Assembly (NCBI GenBank): GCA_965649765.1
Contig: OZ287753.1
Location: 70,060,001-70,124,000 of the forward strand
DNA: 64,000 nt
Reading direction: 5' to 3'
DNA from: Bispira polyomma
Lineage: Eukaryota
The notes beneath the pieces were generated by a model, which was not told the DNA's origin, did no database searches, and worked only from the letters and a program-made list of their open reading frames with translations. Of the stretch, positions 12,950 to 28,700 are shown one piece after another. The first letter of the stretch is position 1. Each line of letters starts with the position of its first letter. Position numbers and translations under genes: made by a program.

Positions 12950-15880
12950 CTGTTAAGTTGGAGCTATAGCAGTGCAGTAGGACGTACAGCGTCATCTACT
13001 GGAGATGGATGATCAAGAAGATCAAGTAGTGGACTTTGGTATGTCTAATAGTAGTGCTAGTAATTGTAAGGTTAAATCCATGCAATTCAGAGTTGCGATG
13101 ATAAACCATGTAAAAGGTTTATTTATTGGCCCCATGATTTCTGTATTATAGGTAGTGATTGCAAGAGGGTAAAGTACGATGAGCTTACACTATTACAATG
13201 GTGTCTAGGTTTCAACCGGTGTGTATTGAACCTGACATTAAAATTCAGCAAAGCATGCTCAGTTATGGCACAGATCTATTGCAAAATGCCATAGATCTCA
13301 CAGGGTCATTCTGAGTAGCATGGAAGATGGACTTTTGACTTGGGTGAAACTAGATAAAGTAAATGAAATTCGCAGGCAATTTGCTCAAAGACAAGTTGTA
13401 GGTAATGGCATGTTGAGTTCTTTCAAAGTCATTTATTTAGAACTGTTAATTTGTTTGTTTCTGTGTGTCTAATTAGCAATTCCAAGGCTGGCAGTCTAGT
13501 TATTAATTCCTCTAAATTCTGGGGTTCTTCACCAACGCAGCATTGTGCACACAAAGCCAATCTTGGGTTGGGCGGGTATCAGGCTGACTGCTTGACTTTG
13601 GGCGGCAAACTTCTCACTGGTTTACTTCGGACTGTCTCAGCCCATACATTGCAACTCAGTTTTGTAAGTCTTGCTATGGTGATTGGCTGCAGAGTTCCGA
13701 GGTCACACCTCACACCACTAACTTATACACATGGTAAGTTGTTTTGTCTGTTTTTTTTTGGTGCATGTCATTTGTACATGTGTAGTGATATCTTAATTTT
13801 ACCATGTATGTATAGCTGCACATTGGTGTTAACATATCTACACATGGTGTTGTGTTATGTCCGGAAATCTAAAGTGGCACATCATTACTCTTGGAGCACT
13901 GCCCATATTTGAAAGTTTTTCACTGCCGATTCATACATTGACTTTCATCACTTGTATTTGATCTGATTGCCTCGGCTACATATATAAATACTTGGTGGTT
14001 CCTTTTGAGGAAAATAAATTGGCCATTTTTGCTAATATTAGCAACACAGTAGAACATTACTGGGCTTTAATGGGTAAAGTGGTTACCTTGTATTACACAC
14101 ATGTAGCTTGAGTTTATTAAAGTATATTATAGTACTCCTCTTTTAGGAATACTAGTGTTCCACATTGGCGGATGTGGTTAGCAGTGACATCCCCTCATAT
14201 TATAATATACAGTTTGCAAAGTGTCAGTTTCCTGGTCAGTTAAGTTTGGCTTTTTACCACTTAGTGCACAATTAGTTCCAGTTAACAACTATGTTAATAC
14301 AGTTCAATGTGATTCAGCAGTACAGCTTTACAAGGCAGTTAAGGAACATGGTGGTTGTTTTAATTTTCTACATCCACGTATACCTGTACAATCCACCCTT
14401 AATCTGCCTGTGTGGTAGAAATTGGTAGTAGATTATTATGATATTCAGTTAGTGGAACTTTTAGAATTTGGTTTCTCTATTGACAGTCTGCAGGACAGTC
14501 TATACTAACTCAACAACTCCACAACCATCCTTCAGCAGGTACCTACCATATGGTCGATTATATACAACAGTATGGAGAAGATTGTTATTTGTTCAAGGTG
14601 GACATTTAGAGAGCATTTCTTAACCTAAGGACTACAATCTACTGGTCACTTTTGGCAACAAGCATACTATATTGATGAGGTGGTCCCCTTTGGGTTAAAG
14701 CATGGGTCCCATTATTGTCAGAGAATGACTGACAGTATTAGGTATATTATGGCCACCCATGGCCATGTGATTATTACCTATATTGATAATATCATTGGTA
14801 TTCATTCCTCTTACTTGGCAGCCAGGGCTGCTCATACTTTCCTACTATACTTGTGGACCTGGGTCTCCCAGTGAGCCCAGCTAAGCTTAAACCGCCAAGC
14901 AGAAGTATTACTTGCTTAGGCCTACAAATTGATGTTGTTGCAGGTACTCTCCCTCAAGAGACGTTCTTGGAGGTTACTGAATTATGCACTATCTGAAGTC
15001 TCAAAAAGGATCAAATTCAAAGCATTGTGGGTAAGCTTTCATATATCAGCAAGTGTGTTTTATCCATTGATGTGTTTTCTAATGTTTATGTAGTTATGCT
15101 ACATGGTATATTAATCATAATGTTCCCAGGGATGTCAAGGACAATTTCTGTGTTCAATGTGATAGTATACCTAATGGTGTTGTATATGAAGCAGTTTTTC
15201 TTGTGGCCTAATTTGACCTATTAAGATAAGCAACTTGCTTTCTCACTGTGTACATGTATGATTTTGAACGACTCTTATTTTGTTGTGATGTAGAGGTTAA
15301 GTTCCCTGGTCTAGTTATCAATGTTATATGTGGACAAAAACTATGCAAAGCAGACAAACCAATGTGTTTCTGCATTTACCTCTAATGGAATTCCCAGTAC
15401 AGGCGATCAAAAACATGTATAATTTGTATCCAGCATCGCTTGATTCTTCCCTATTTTTAGTTTCTGCTGAGGGCAGGGCACTACAAAATCCTAAATGATG
15501 TTAAAGTATGTTATGTGTTAAAGGGCATTGTGCAGTCCTGGGTTTCAATACTACTACTCTTGGGTTCCATGCATTTCATCGGCCAGGAGCTTCACTCCTG
15601 TTCTAACATAAGGTTCCACTCCAGTGCTTGCAGGCACATGGCACTTGGACTTCAAATGCAGTGTGGTCATACCTGCAAGCTGCAACCAATCTCAATATCA
15701 TCCCTCAGGCCTTGGAGGCTATTCTAACTTTAATTTTTTTTTATACTTTTAAATATTCTTCTATGTGTCTTAAATTCTATTTGGCTTGGGGTGGTTATTA
15801 AACGAACGTTTTATCATGGTTGTAGCCTTTCATATGTAATGAAATGTGATGTTCTGAATGCATGTAATAAAAATATCATA
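12950..15880 (+). mobile_element. Decayed Ngaro/DIRS-type tyrosine-recombinase retrotransposon
   Basis: gag-like remnant (YWPHDF..VKYDELTLLQWCLG..SMEDGLLTW, ~13120-13400), RT (VPFGLKHGS..CQRMTD..YIDNIIG, 14680-14800) and YR C-terminus (HAFHRPGAS..TWTSNAVWSYLQ, 15560-15680); boundaries approximate. Confidence 0.8.
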
Positions 15881-16137
15881 CCAAGATTAACTGTGTTCTC
15901 ATTGTGTAATTAACCTAACAAGGTCAAAATATAAATCCTACATTGGTCACTGAAGTAATTTTACACACACACTGTAATCTTTTCAACTACTGGTCAATGA
16001 TAATGTATAAAGTGGATCACTTGAAGTGGCTGACCTTTGTCCTTTGTCTATTCCATCTGCAGTGATCATCCTCAATGTACATATAATTTACATATAATTT
16101 ACATGTCTTTGAGTTAAAGAATGACAGTACAGAGTTG

Positions 16138-16385
16138 TGGGTCCTTATTCTCCGAAAGAAACTTAAGTTTGAAATCAGTCTCGATTCAAATGAAAGCTAT
16201 ATGTTGAAGTTCTTGTATGTCAGGATGACTTGTACTTATGACCATTCGTTTTAATGAAGCTTTCATTGCTAAATTTAAATATACACTTAGATTTGACTTA
16301 ACTTCACTCTAGCCAGAGATATGTGAATTTTAGAGTTAAGCTCGAGTCTGAGTTGAGCTTGAGATTTTTTGAAAATATGGCACCT
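16138..16385. mobile_element. Probable PIF/Harbinger-type MITE
   Basis: Imperfect terminal inverted repeats gggtccttattctccgaaa / tttgaaaatatggcacc; a similar element lies at ~61440-61660. Confidence 0.45.
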
Positions 16386-16768
16386 GGTTGACTAAACAGT
16401 TAGATACCGAGAAATCAGAGATTTTAAGGCGATAACAATTAAGATAGAATGGAATCCGCTGTCAGGTACCATAATTACATTTATTTCAATGTCATTATCC
16501 TAGACATGTCTTAAAATAACCTCACACTAAAGATTGTTTTATAGACTATGTGTTCAATTAATGTTAAAATATTACCAATAATCTGCTCAGTAGCAATAAA
16601 GACTGTTGAAAGTTTTTACTCAACTTCTGAATGTTAAAACATGTAGAGTATTAATATAGACATCAAAGAATGTTCCAATAACCATCCATCATTTTTTTTA
16701 ATTTGTAATTTTTTTTTTTGTTCTTATTTATAGTAACCATTTCTGGGACAATAGTAATAATACATATA

Positions 16769-19700
16769 CTATGTAATGTCAGAATATTTTGCCCCACTCT
16801 TGCATTCAGTTAAGAGTTCAATGTTATTGGAGTGGGATGTCCAATCGGACATCTTCACGAAACGTCTCATAAAAGGCACAACAAGGACAACATCAAATGG
16901 CCTTTTCTGCCGGAAAACTTAAAAAAACAAAACATAGTTTTGTTGATGCAAATTTCACTGATGTAGTAAAAATGTCAAGAATATATTATATTTTTTGAAG
17001 AAATATGTCTTACTTGAATATCTATCTTTCAAAAATCAGCAAATATTTATATTAGTAGGTCATTCACTTTGGTCCAATCAAAACATTCAAGGTAAATATA
17101 TTGTATTGAGTCGTAAAAATTGAAATTTATTTTAAATTATCCAAGCAGATAAAAATATTTTAAAAAAGTAAATAATAATTAAAATGACTACATTAAGTTC
17201 CTCAAACCTATAGTATTCTAAACAGTGGGCTGTTTATGTTGAAAGCACACACTTACCTGGAAAGATGCTAAGGATCAATCCAACAATCACTGTAATACCT
17301 ACTCCCAAACTGTAATAGCAGTAATGAGAAATTGAGTAGAGCATGAAAGAAGAATCGCTGAAAGTTATAGATATATATATGCATTTATATGGTAAATGGT
17401 TACAATAGACCTTGTTACAGTTAAGGGGTTATTAGGAGCGTGCAATGCATTATGAGTAAATGCCACTCCCTAATTTTGCATCGAATGGTCAATTTGTATT
17501 GCAATTATTCCTAATATATGTATTTTCAACATGCAGTACTTAAATAGTTACTACATAAATATCATAAGAACAGCCAATACATGTCTTTCAAATTTTACCT
17601 TTGAATGTTGTAAAATAAAAAAATATATAGAAAATGATATTTTATATTTATTAAAGCGACTAGGGGAGCGATGTTTTCACAGAATTTATAGCGGGCATGT
17701 GCAGTGCCGTTATCAATTTGGAACCGTAAAATGAGCTGTGCCCTTTTAGGCGTCTTGTAAATTGCCAAAATTGTGGGTTTTTTTTATTATTATGTGTGCA
17801 AATGTAAGATGTACTCATGAGCAGCTGAAATGATCAAGCAAGAATTCTAGAGTTCAATATACCTGGCTTGCCAATAAACATAATAAACTTACCTTTTCCC
17901 TCCAGGAGATATGTCAGTAGATATCAACTCATATGAACTTGTTGTTAAAGTTTCACTTATGTTAATGGCATGTAGACCATTAGGACAATTTTCTGTTACC
18001 AAATCTGGCCTTTCCCAGTCTGGCCCAAACACAATTTTTCCCAGTGCTATCCAGAGACAGAAACTAGAGCTGCATGCCCAGCCTATCAACACAGCCTAAA
18101 TAAAAATAACAACAACTACTTTATTGTATCTAATTATGTATATTTCAAACAAAAATTGTTTAATAATTTAATAATTTAGGATTTATCTAAAACCTTCTCC
18201 TTACCTAGTGTTTTGGTAATGAAATGGATATTCTTAAATGGATATTCTAACTAACTTTATATTTAACTAATAAAGATTTTGCAGCATTTTGTGCCTTTTG
18301 TAAAAGCATGTAACCTTGACATTAGCCTAATGTGTATATTTCTCATCCCTATCCAGATACAGAAACTAATGATAAGTCTGCAAAACACAAACCAATGTCT
18401 GCCATTTAATAATACTTGCATCAATCAGGACACTAGTGAAGCCACACAATGACAACAATGACAATAAAAAACATTTAGTTAAGTGGCAAATATTTAAACA
18501 AGAATAACCCTTTATAAAGGCATTTTCCCCTTATTGGTTCATCTTAGACCTGTTATAAAATGTGACAGTGCACACCTAACCTTCGAATTAGAGGTCTTCC
18601 GACCAAAAAAATTCCAATACTTTGACAAAGTGTGAGTGGAGATCAGTGACAACAATACACTTAATGTTGTTTTTATAAAATTGGGGATTATTGTGAATAC
18701 ACCAGATTCACTCACACTTAAATGTTTTTGTTGTGCCCTGTATGTATATTAATACATTTTTACAGATTACAATTTAAACTCTCTGTTTTTATCACTTACA
18801 GTTTACAATAATGTAACTTGCATGTTTACCTTTCAATATTTATCATTAAAAGTGAATATCATTTATAAAGGTATTGCCATGTTTACAGAATATCATTTAG
18901 ACATTATTATTTAGTTTGAGTTATAAACGAAGAAGATTTACACATCAATTCATGCATTCATTTAGTGCATACATATATTCCAACCCATGGACAGAATGCA
19001 GCCAAGACAAATATGCCAGTCATTGGAGCAGAAATCATGCTGACTGTAGATCTAATCATCGACATTAAAGTGCCACTCATCATCATAAAACCTAAAGCTA
19101 TGGCAGTGATCACAGCTCCAACAACAGCAGCTGTAAAACAGAACATTTGGAGTATTAATCTCAGTTATGTCTTATATGTCTTGTTGTTTTGGGGCTGTTT
19201 TTGTATTTCAACAGCCCTTGTACATACTTGCTTATTGTTTTTCTATCAACAACTTTCTGTTTCCTCTGTATACGACCTACCAAGGGGGCTGATCTAGAGC
19301 ATTCTGTTGCAGGCCCTATGGTAAGGAATAATTTCACAGCTGAAGATCACTTGAAACATTTTCTGATTTAGGAAATATATTAAAACGTATTTTTGCAATC
19401 TCGGGTAGCCCTCTCTAATTTCCTCCATGTGTACACCCACACATCCTCCCCTTATCACTCTGGCTCTGTTCTTTGGACTTCTCGATTAATTCTGCTGTCG
19501 CACTTTAGAAGATACCTCGCATTAATAAGTCGCGTGAAAAACAAGTCATTAATTGCCATTGCAAGGTACACTTGTACAAATGTGTAACAATCCAGGCTTA
19601 TTTTGGGAATAACACCCACTGATAATCAGGTTATCTACTATTTAGGCCTGCACAGTTGTCATCTGTATAGACATCAATTATTTTCAAGTTACTTCACCAA

Positions 19701-22700
19701 CATTTAAAAAGAAGTATGCCTAAAGTTTAATGTATCATTCTTCAAATGTTTTTTAAAATATATTTAACTTCTTCTGTTTTCATGTGATGTCACTTAGTTA
19801 CCTATAAGCTTTAAAATTGTCGTTTTTCTGAACTCTGATATCTCTGGCATACATGGTGCAATCAGATGCTTCCACACTATTGCTGATAACCCATTTTGAA
19901 CTGAGGAAAGAGTGCTAAAACACAAAACACATTTTTATAACGTCTTTCTCATTGCATGATTTTAATATATTGTCAACATAATACATGAGTAATATATAGG
20001 CTTGTATTTTTGATTTGTAAATCGTACACATCATAGAACTACTTTGTCATATGATGACGTTCTTGTGTTGTCATATACATATATGGTGAAAGTTGTTTAT
20101 AGAGACCACCCAAGGGAACCCTCAAAATTAGAGGTTGAATATTATTAAAGATAAGTCTTCGGAAGTAAAAGGGTGGTCTCTATACACAGGTGGCCTTTCT
20201 ATAGAGGTGGTCTCTCTGGTAGGGTTGACTGTGGATCCTACCTGAGAGAACTCGCTAGCAGTGAAGCGGTAAAGAGGCCAGGTAATCCAGGATGGTTCAG
20301 TTCTGTCATCACATAGTATGGAATGATCTGAAATTATTTTGGGAATTTGGTTTAGTTTTACGTCGGTTCTTTTAACAGCTTAGGTCATATCATGACAGCC
20401 AAATTTAAAGGTGGAAGAAACCTACCGACCTAAGACAGTTATTTGGCAAACTTTCCCACATGAAGGAACAAACAAGATTCAAACCCACCTGGGTGAGAGG
20501 CTATTGATTTTTAAGCAGGCGGCTCTAACCACTTGGCCATATGATGTTCATCTGACAATGTCTGTATATATATCATGTTGTTTCTTTAGTGCTTCAATGA
20601 AAAAACAATTTTTTTACCTAGATATGTGTTATACAAATATGTACAAATGAGTACAAATTTAAATAAATACATACAAAGTAAAAATAAAAGACAAAGTAAA
20701 AAAAGAGATCAGGATGAGAGAATAAGAATAAAATATACCTGATTTGGTGTAGAAATTACACCTGCTTCCAGAGGTCCACACCCAAGGCATGAATAATGAG
20801 CAAACACAACCGCCCCAGCACATATGGCCAATACAGTAACAAGACTAAAGCTTACACCACTCAAGCCTACAGATCTAAGTTATAAAAGTAATGTCCAAAA
20901 TTTTTTTAAAAGTTTTTTAAAGTTTCTTTTAGAGTTATATTTCTAGTACTAACTATGTTGTCTCTACTTGTGCTAAGTTGGCTTTGTCAGGGAATAGTTC
21001 TAATGTAAGCAATAATATAAATAGTATGTCAAAAATGGTTAATATTGGTAAAGATAAACTTATTGAGACTTATAGTAACCAGATTTTTAAGACCTGTAGA
21101 AATGGTGTGAATGGGACAAATGAATGTCATATTATAGAAAATATTAAGGACTTACTGTATCTAAGGGGTAACAACACTACAAGATTTACAAGATATAAAA
21201 TAAATGTTATGCTAAAATATCTATGTGAATATCAATTATGAATAGAATTGTACATTTAAAGTTACCACCTCTTTCTATATATACATACTGTGCTGTTATA
21301 AATAGTTTGTCTGTTTTTCTGTCTGTTTGTCATATATGTATTGACTATGTACTACGAGTACGAAAAAATAAACTATTATTTGTTATGGTGAAGTTCCAGT
21401 TATATTTGTGGTGGCCAAGCAAACCATTTGTATTTATAGTGGTTTCTATTGGCATTTGGTATTTTAGAGTATGGTATTTAATCAGATGTGTATGTTTACA
21501 TTTATTTTAGATGCTAGAAACCTAATATTCACAGTAGACAATCCTGTACTTTTTAATCATTGTTTTAAAACAAAATATTTAACTATATGGCTTTTGACAC
21601 TCACATTCTTGCTTGTTTCAGAGTGGGCAATCCTGTATATCTCACCATGGCTATCTGATTGACGAATACACCGAACATGAGAATACTAGAAGAAAACATT
21701 CCCATCCAGAGATTATACCTTTGTGTTAAGGTAGGACTCACGCTACAAGAAAGTGTGTTATGTTTACTTAATATATAGACGTTATTCCAGATCTGCAATT
21801 CAAGTTGTGATGTATTTGAAGATAATCAGTCTTGTCTACTGATTCAAGGTTATTTGTGTCCCTCTGAATACACTTTGGGTTAATTTGTGTGGTAGTAATA
21901 ACAAGCCTCCCAACTCTGAGGGTGTCCTAACATTGACCAGGGGTGAGGCTGTGGGAGAGCATACTACCTTAGGTCAGGTCACATTTAAACGAGATTAGAA
22001 GAGCAAGAGTTGGTTCACCAAAGCCAACAAAAACCATTATGACTCCAGTATAAATGAAAACTCATACAGTCCTAATAAGCTCTGGAACTCAATCAAGAAA
22101 ATAATCACATTTTAGCAGACAAATTTGGTAAATTCTTCTTTGACAAAATGACTAAAATCTGGGATGGCTTTTCCACAATGTCACAGTTTTGGCCACCATC
22201 CCTAAGTTTCAAAATCTACTCCACTTCCACTCACTTTCTGAGAATGAGGTCTCAAACTTATAAAATCCTCTTTTATCAAATCCTGTAAACTGGATTTCAT
22301 CGCTCCTACTGAATGCCTGGATATTCTTCTCATCCTCCCCTCCATCAGTAATGACATTAACCTTGCCTTGGGTCGAGATCAAACTGTGGCCTTCACCCTT
22401 CTGGATCTCTTAGCAGCGTTTGATGCCATCGATCTCTATTCGTCACCCTAAAACAGTTGTTTGGACTAAATGGCACTGTCGTTGATTGGATTAGAACCCA
22501 GAAAATCAAACTGGATAATTAATTTTCATCCTCATTCAGTCTACTTTTTGGAGTAGTTCAGGTTCTTGGACCTCTGCTTTTTACACTCTACACAATCTAT
22601 TTTTCTCTCAATCCCCAAAATGCACACATAAATCTGGGTCTACTTGCTGACTGTCTTTCCTCAGAACAGGTTTGGATGAATTACTCCAAATTGAAATTAA

Positions 22701-25700
22701 ATACTGACCAAACTGAATTTATTCTTATTGGTAGTAAGAAAACAGTTAGTGCTTAAGATTATTATTCCCCATTACACTACTGGGTAATGATGTACAGCAC
22801 TCTGATAACGTCAAGAACCTTGATGTTACCATTGACTTTGCTTTCTCATTTGATACTTACATCAGCAACATATGTCACTCAAACAAAAAGGACTCAAAAG
22901 CCTTATGTCATGAACTAAAACAATGTGAAACTAGAGACTCTTTTACCTGAAGGTACGCAAGATAACACGCTGGCGAATAAGTTTTGTCAATTTTTTAAGA
23001 ACAAAATTGAAAAGATCAGGGAAAGTTTTCCAAAATCAAATAAGTCAGCTGTCTTACTTGATGTGGCTCCAAGTGATTTATGTAAATTTGATTCAGTTAC
23101 TGAATATAATGTTAAGAAAGTCATGCTCGGTTTCCCCCACCAAGTCATGCATGCTCGGCCCTAGCCTACTTTCCTTGTAAGGGAATGTGTGGACAGTCTT
23201 ATTCCATCAATAACAAAACTGATTAACAATTAGCCCAATTGAAAGACTAAAAACCTTGTTTGGCCTAAAGGACTTGCAATGATTTGTGTTCTATTCATCA
23301 GACAGGTAATAGTTTTTTAAAATTAATGATATTCTGTCCGACTTACAAATGCTGAAATTTTGTATACCGCAAGATTCTGTGCTTGGACCACTCCTATTTA
23401 TATTGTATACTACACCCCTTAGCAAAATTATTTCCTCTTATTCTTCTATGAAGTATCACTTTTATGCAAATGATACACACATCTATGTGCACCTCCAAAC
23501 ACATCAATCGGTGCCCTGGAAGTCCTTCAGAAATGCCTGGCAGATGTTTAAAATTAGATGGCGCTAAATAAGCTCAAGCTGAATCCTGATAAAACTGAAT
23601 TCATATTGTTCGGTTTGGGCATTAAACGTGATAGACTGTCAGATTATTTTCAAGTAAACATTCTTGGGACACTGTTATCCCCAACTGATAAAGTGTGGAA
23701 CCTGGGAGTTTTGTTTGATATTAATTTTTTTCTCCAGTCACATCCAATCCCAGAGGTAAGAGGCCAGTGATTGTGAAGCGGAATGCTTGCTAACCACTAG
23801 GTCACCGCGGCCCCCATTAAATCAGTGTGTAAGTCATGCTGCATAGGTCTTAGAGACCTTAGGAAAATCAGGAGGCACCTTCCAAAATCGGTTGCCATAA
23901 CTGCAGCAAATGCTCTGTTAGGCAGCAGACTGGACTACTACAATTCACTGTGTTTGACCAAAAAGGACCTAAACCAATTGCAAAGCATCCACAATAGTAT
24001 ATAAGTTTCTTGATTTGGGTTTGCCTAAATACACCACACTTATTTTACTGTAATTGTAATGTTGATACCAGACGAGCTGCTCCCAAAAACAGATTCCTTC
24101 TTGTTCTAAAATATAAGCCCAAAGTGCACTGGTTAAAGGTTCACTTTGATAGAAGTTTTGCAAATAATGCTCCTACCCTATGGAACAGTTTGCCTCAACA
24201 CGTTAGGACAGCTCCGTCCCTGTATTCCTTCCATTGACCTATCTGTTCAATGATGCATTCCCTCCATAGTCTATTTCCTCTTGTCGGTGGACATACTGAT
24301 GACAACTTCCTTCTGTCCACCACCAATGATTTTTGTCTCTGGCTGTGGTGTTTTGCACCTCAGAATTCATTACAACAAGAATAAGCACTAAAAAGTTTGA
24401 TATATATATATATTACTCCTTTTACTATCACATTTGTGATATCATAAGAATCAGAAATCACTGGATACTACCATCACTGTGAATTCCTTGTTAGCAGCCG
24501 TATAGACTACTGCAATTCCCTTCTGTTCAAAGCGATGTCACACATAAATAAGTCTTTTCAAACCTGCGTTAAGTAATTTTTTATTTGGGATCCGTACTGA
24601 TGTTTCTCCATACTTCATAAACTACATTGGCTTCCGATTTATTATTGTGTTTGGTTTAAAATAACATGTAACCACTTTCAAAGCTGTTATCTCTCAACAG
24701 TCCTTCTTTCCTGCTCGCCGTTCTTACAGGAACCCAAAGAGACTTTCTTTTTCCTCTGTTAAACCTACAAAGAGGGCTGGATCTAGAGTTTTCTCTATTG
24801 CTGCCCATGTTATGGAACAGTCTCCCTGGTAAACTTAGATCACTTGAAATACTTCTGGTTTTAGAAAAAAGCTTAAAACCTATATCTTCAATCTAGCTAA
24901 GCCCCTCAGTTACCTCCCTGTACACTCTAACATTCTTCCTTACGTCCTTGGCTACGTTTTTTTTAAAAATACAATTCTTCACTTTATAACACACAACATA
25001 TATATATATTCAACATTTATATATATGGAAAGTTTTGACAAGCGTACCCCACTGAACAGAAAGGCAGACCCTAGCTTCAACTGAGGTGGCTTTTACATGG
25101 AGGTAGTCAACTTGATCAAACGTATAAGGATATTTGTTACAGTTGTAAAGAGAGCTGCTGAATCATATCTATATTTAGAATTGATGTTGTTGCTGGGATT
25201 TGGGTTTTCGGTTGATGTCGTACACAACATGTGTATGTGAAAAAGTGCACGATAAACTTATATTGAAGGCCAGTGGTTTGCAAAGAAGAAAACTTTGGCC
25301 ATATAGCCTGGTATGATTTCCCCCACAAGTGAACTGCCTGTAATAATGTGACAAAAGACATATTGAAAGTGACATTAAAAAGCCTTCTGATGTAATCTCA
25401 ATACACTTTAGAACATACCTTACATGTGTCCTGCCAGTCTGTGATAATTCTTGGATAACTGTATCTAATCCAAGTCTGGCTAAGCCCTACAAAATTAAAT
25501 AATGTTCCATCTTCATTTATATATAGTATTGAATATTATAATTTTTGGCAATCTATTACTTTCTCTGTTAAATTTAAAATGACAAAAGTTCGATTTTAGA
25601 TTTTGTTGGTCAAACCTTCGAACATTTATTGGTCTTATGATGTGAGTCGTCATCTATTGACTTCCAAGTCATTTCATTGTTTAAAATTAACACCAAAATA

Positions 25701-28700
25701 GGTGGTACTATAAAGCAGCCATAGAGACTGGTAGATCTGTCTTGTTTTACACAAAGTTACAAAAAGAATGCCAGTCATTAGTATAAAACATATGTAGTAT
25801 GTGAAGACAAACATGCATATAGATATTCAGTTCACACTTTTGTAAGTCAAATACAGTTCAGCCTCTTAATAAACTATATAGTAAACTTTAAATCAATGCA
25901 ACACATATATAGAATTGTTGGTTTGAATTATATGACAAAAATGACTGGTTCATCTTAATTTTAATAAGTACACAAACATAAAAAAATTGGTCAGAAAGCT
26001 AATACATATAAAAAAAACGTTTGACTAAAATGTGCAATATATGCCCACACGTTGTTAGATACATGTACTTGTACAATTCTAGGAAAGTAGTTTGTGCCGC
26101 ACCCATCAAAAAAGTAACCCTGTAGTTTCTGCTACACCTACTAAACAAGAACCCCTTTAGATTCATCATTAGCATCATACTAATATGCTGTTTATATAAC
26201 AAGAAGACCACTTTAACTTGTGGTTGTTTTATGTGAAATAACTTTCCTCTACTGTAAACTTATAAAAAAAACTTCCTACTGCTGGGGTTAGAACCTGGTC
26301 TGTCACAGATCTTGAGATTATATTGAGATTAATAGTCCAGTACACGAACGGTTGAGCTGAGGGGAAACCCCAGAAGCCCCAATGTTTATTACTCTGATAT
26401 ACATTGATATTACATGCCTCTGCTCCATGAAGTATAACTCTACTAACTCGCTTGGCTTTTGAAAGGGGAGGATCATGAGGCATTTGCACCATGTGAACAA
26501 CAGAAATATTCGATCTGTAGACCTTGCAGATCTTGAGATTCATAGTCCAGTCACACTAACAGTTGAGCTAAAGAGGAAACCTGAGTGTTTAATGCGCTAA
26601 TATACATTAATATTACACATGTCCAGCCCATTTTAGGTATAAACAAAGTTACAGGGGTCAAGCTATCTAATACTAGCTTACTGTGAACAATACAGCAGCT
26701 AATCCTACAATCATAATAACTGCCTGTATGACATCTGTCGCTATCACTGCTTTGACACCACCCTTTAAAAAACAAATTATGTGTACATATAGTCAGGATA
26801 CATATTTTCAAAGAAGAAGTTGTAACAAAACATTTAGCAGGTTTTAATTAAAAAATCACATTTCAACTGTAGTCAAATCTGTACATAAACTTGTATGACT
26901 GACTGGAAGCGAACATTTTCACCATGTTTTATCCCCACTGGGGATTAGAGGGTGTAGTTCGTTAGAGATTGATGTTTGGGATGGTAAATAATTCAGTTCA
27001 ATATTCAGTTCTATGCTTTATTTCCTGATTACAGTTTGATTAACACACAATTCAATATTGTCCCGGAGTTTCGCTATAATTTGGGATTTTTCTTCCTTCC
27101 TCAAACTAAAACTAAAGCTAGAATTAATTCAAAAAGTTCTGTCTCTAGACTGTGTGGAACACCCTTTCACTCATAGGCTGCCTCTTTGTCCAATAAGAAT
27201 TAGACAAAACAGTGTAGAACTAGTCTACCTAATGATTGACAGGAGAAGCACTGCTCCATAGTAGAATATGGTTTTAATGCAACCTTTGTTCTTGTAAAGA
27301 CAGTATGATATCACAATATGCACTAGAGACACTCTCAGGACAATGTCTGTAAACTAGCAGACATAGCAGTGTACATGCCCAAGTTATTGATTTTCTCAAT
27401 ATTTATAAGACATCATTTTGGCACCAAACATTTGGTACTATGTGCAGGTATCAATTGAATTAAAGCCCAAACTTTTTTGTAAAGCATTAAAATAATACAA
27501 AAACAGTAAAATAAGTGATAATTTAATGGAGTTTAAACAATTTTACAGGAGACACATGGGGGTGCCATGTGTGATACACTTAATTCGGTTAACTCTTAAC
27601 TGAATATTTTGAAGATGGCCAAGAAATCAATATTGGACTTATAAAAGAAAGGTTGAAGATTTAATGAATGTGGAGTGGAGTTCTAAACTTTCTTCCAAAC
27701 CAAAATTGAGAACTTATTCCCTTTGTAAAAATTAATTCAGCAGTGAGGCTAAAATCAGCAGCAAGAAGTCTAAGTAAACGAAAATTCTAAATATCTAAAT
27801 TTTGTCAATTATAGGAATTTTACCTCTTGAGATTGAAACCGGAAGGAATTACAGAAACAATTTTAATGAAAGAAGATTTAAACTTTGTAACATAGCTATT
27901 GACAAGATCCATGTCTGTCCTATTTTAGACAATACTCATTTGAACAATTATTCTAAATTGTGAACAAACACAACTATTGGTTTTTCTTAATCAGTTTACC
28001 AAATATATGCTGTAATGATAAAATTAAAATTTGGTACTTAAATTTGTGTAGGAAATGTGGGAAAACTGAAATTTGTTACCTACTATTAATTCATATTGAT
28101 ATCACATTGAAAAAAGATTAATAGTGACTAATAAGTCCATCAGGACTGGTTATTATCTTGCCAATGTGTGAAATGTTACTATGTCACTATATCAAAAAAT
28201 AAATGTATGACAGAATTTGGTGATACTGGAAATACTTACAATGGATGTGTAGATAGTACAAATGACTGACATAACTATGATATTGTACACAGTAGGCGTT
28301 CCTATGAAACTCTCCAGTGCAGTGGAAGGACCATAAGTTACTGCCCCAGCATACACAGTCTGCAAAATAATAACTGTAGGTAGACCTCCGGTGATGTTAG
28401 CTTATGTATCTTAAAACTAGAGAGGAAAAATAGAATGTCATTTGAGTGTCAAATGTTTGTCACAATTGCCTTTGGAAACTTTTTTGTATTCCTAAATAGT
28501 TCAACATAAAAAATGTTTTGTTAAGTTACTAAGGAATATAATAGTCTTTACTTACCAAGCTTAGTATCGTCAATACACTACCAAGAAGCTTTGGAATGTT
28601 GCTTTGAAATCTTTTTTGTAGATACTGTATAGATATAAAAAAGGTTTATAAGCAAATTAGTTCTGTGCTTCTATAATCATAATAATGTAAAACACAACCA

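Larger units (their letters stand above)
22020..24960 (+). mobile_element. Decayed L2/CR1-group LINE (family A) split by a second LINE
   Basis: Colinear with the 35-37 kb LINE ([27 protein letters not shown]); breaks at ~22880 and resumes at ~24415. Confidence 0.8.
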
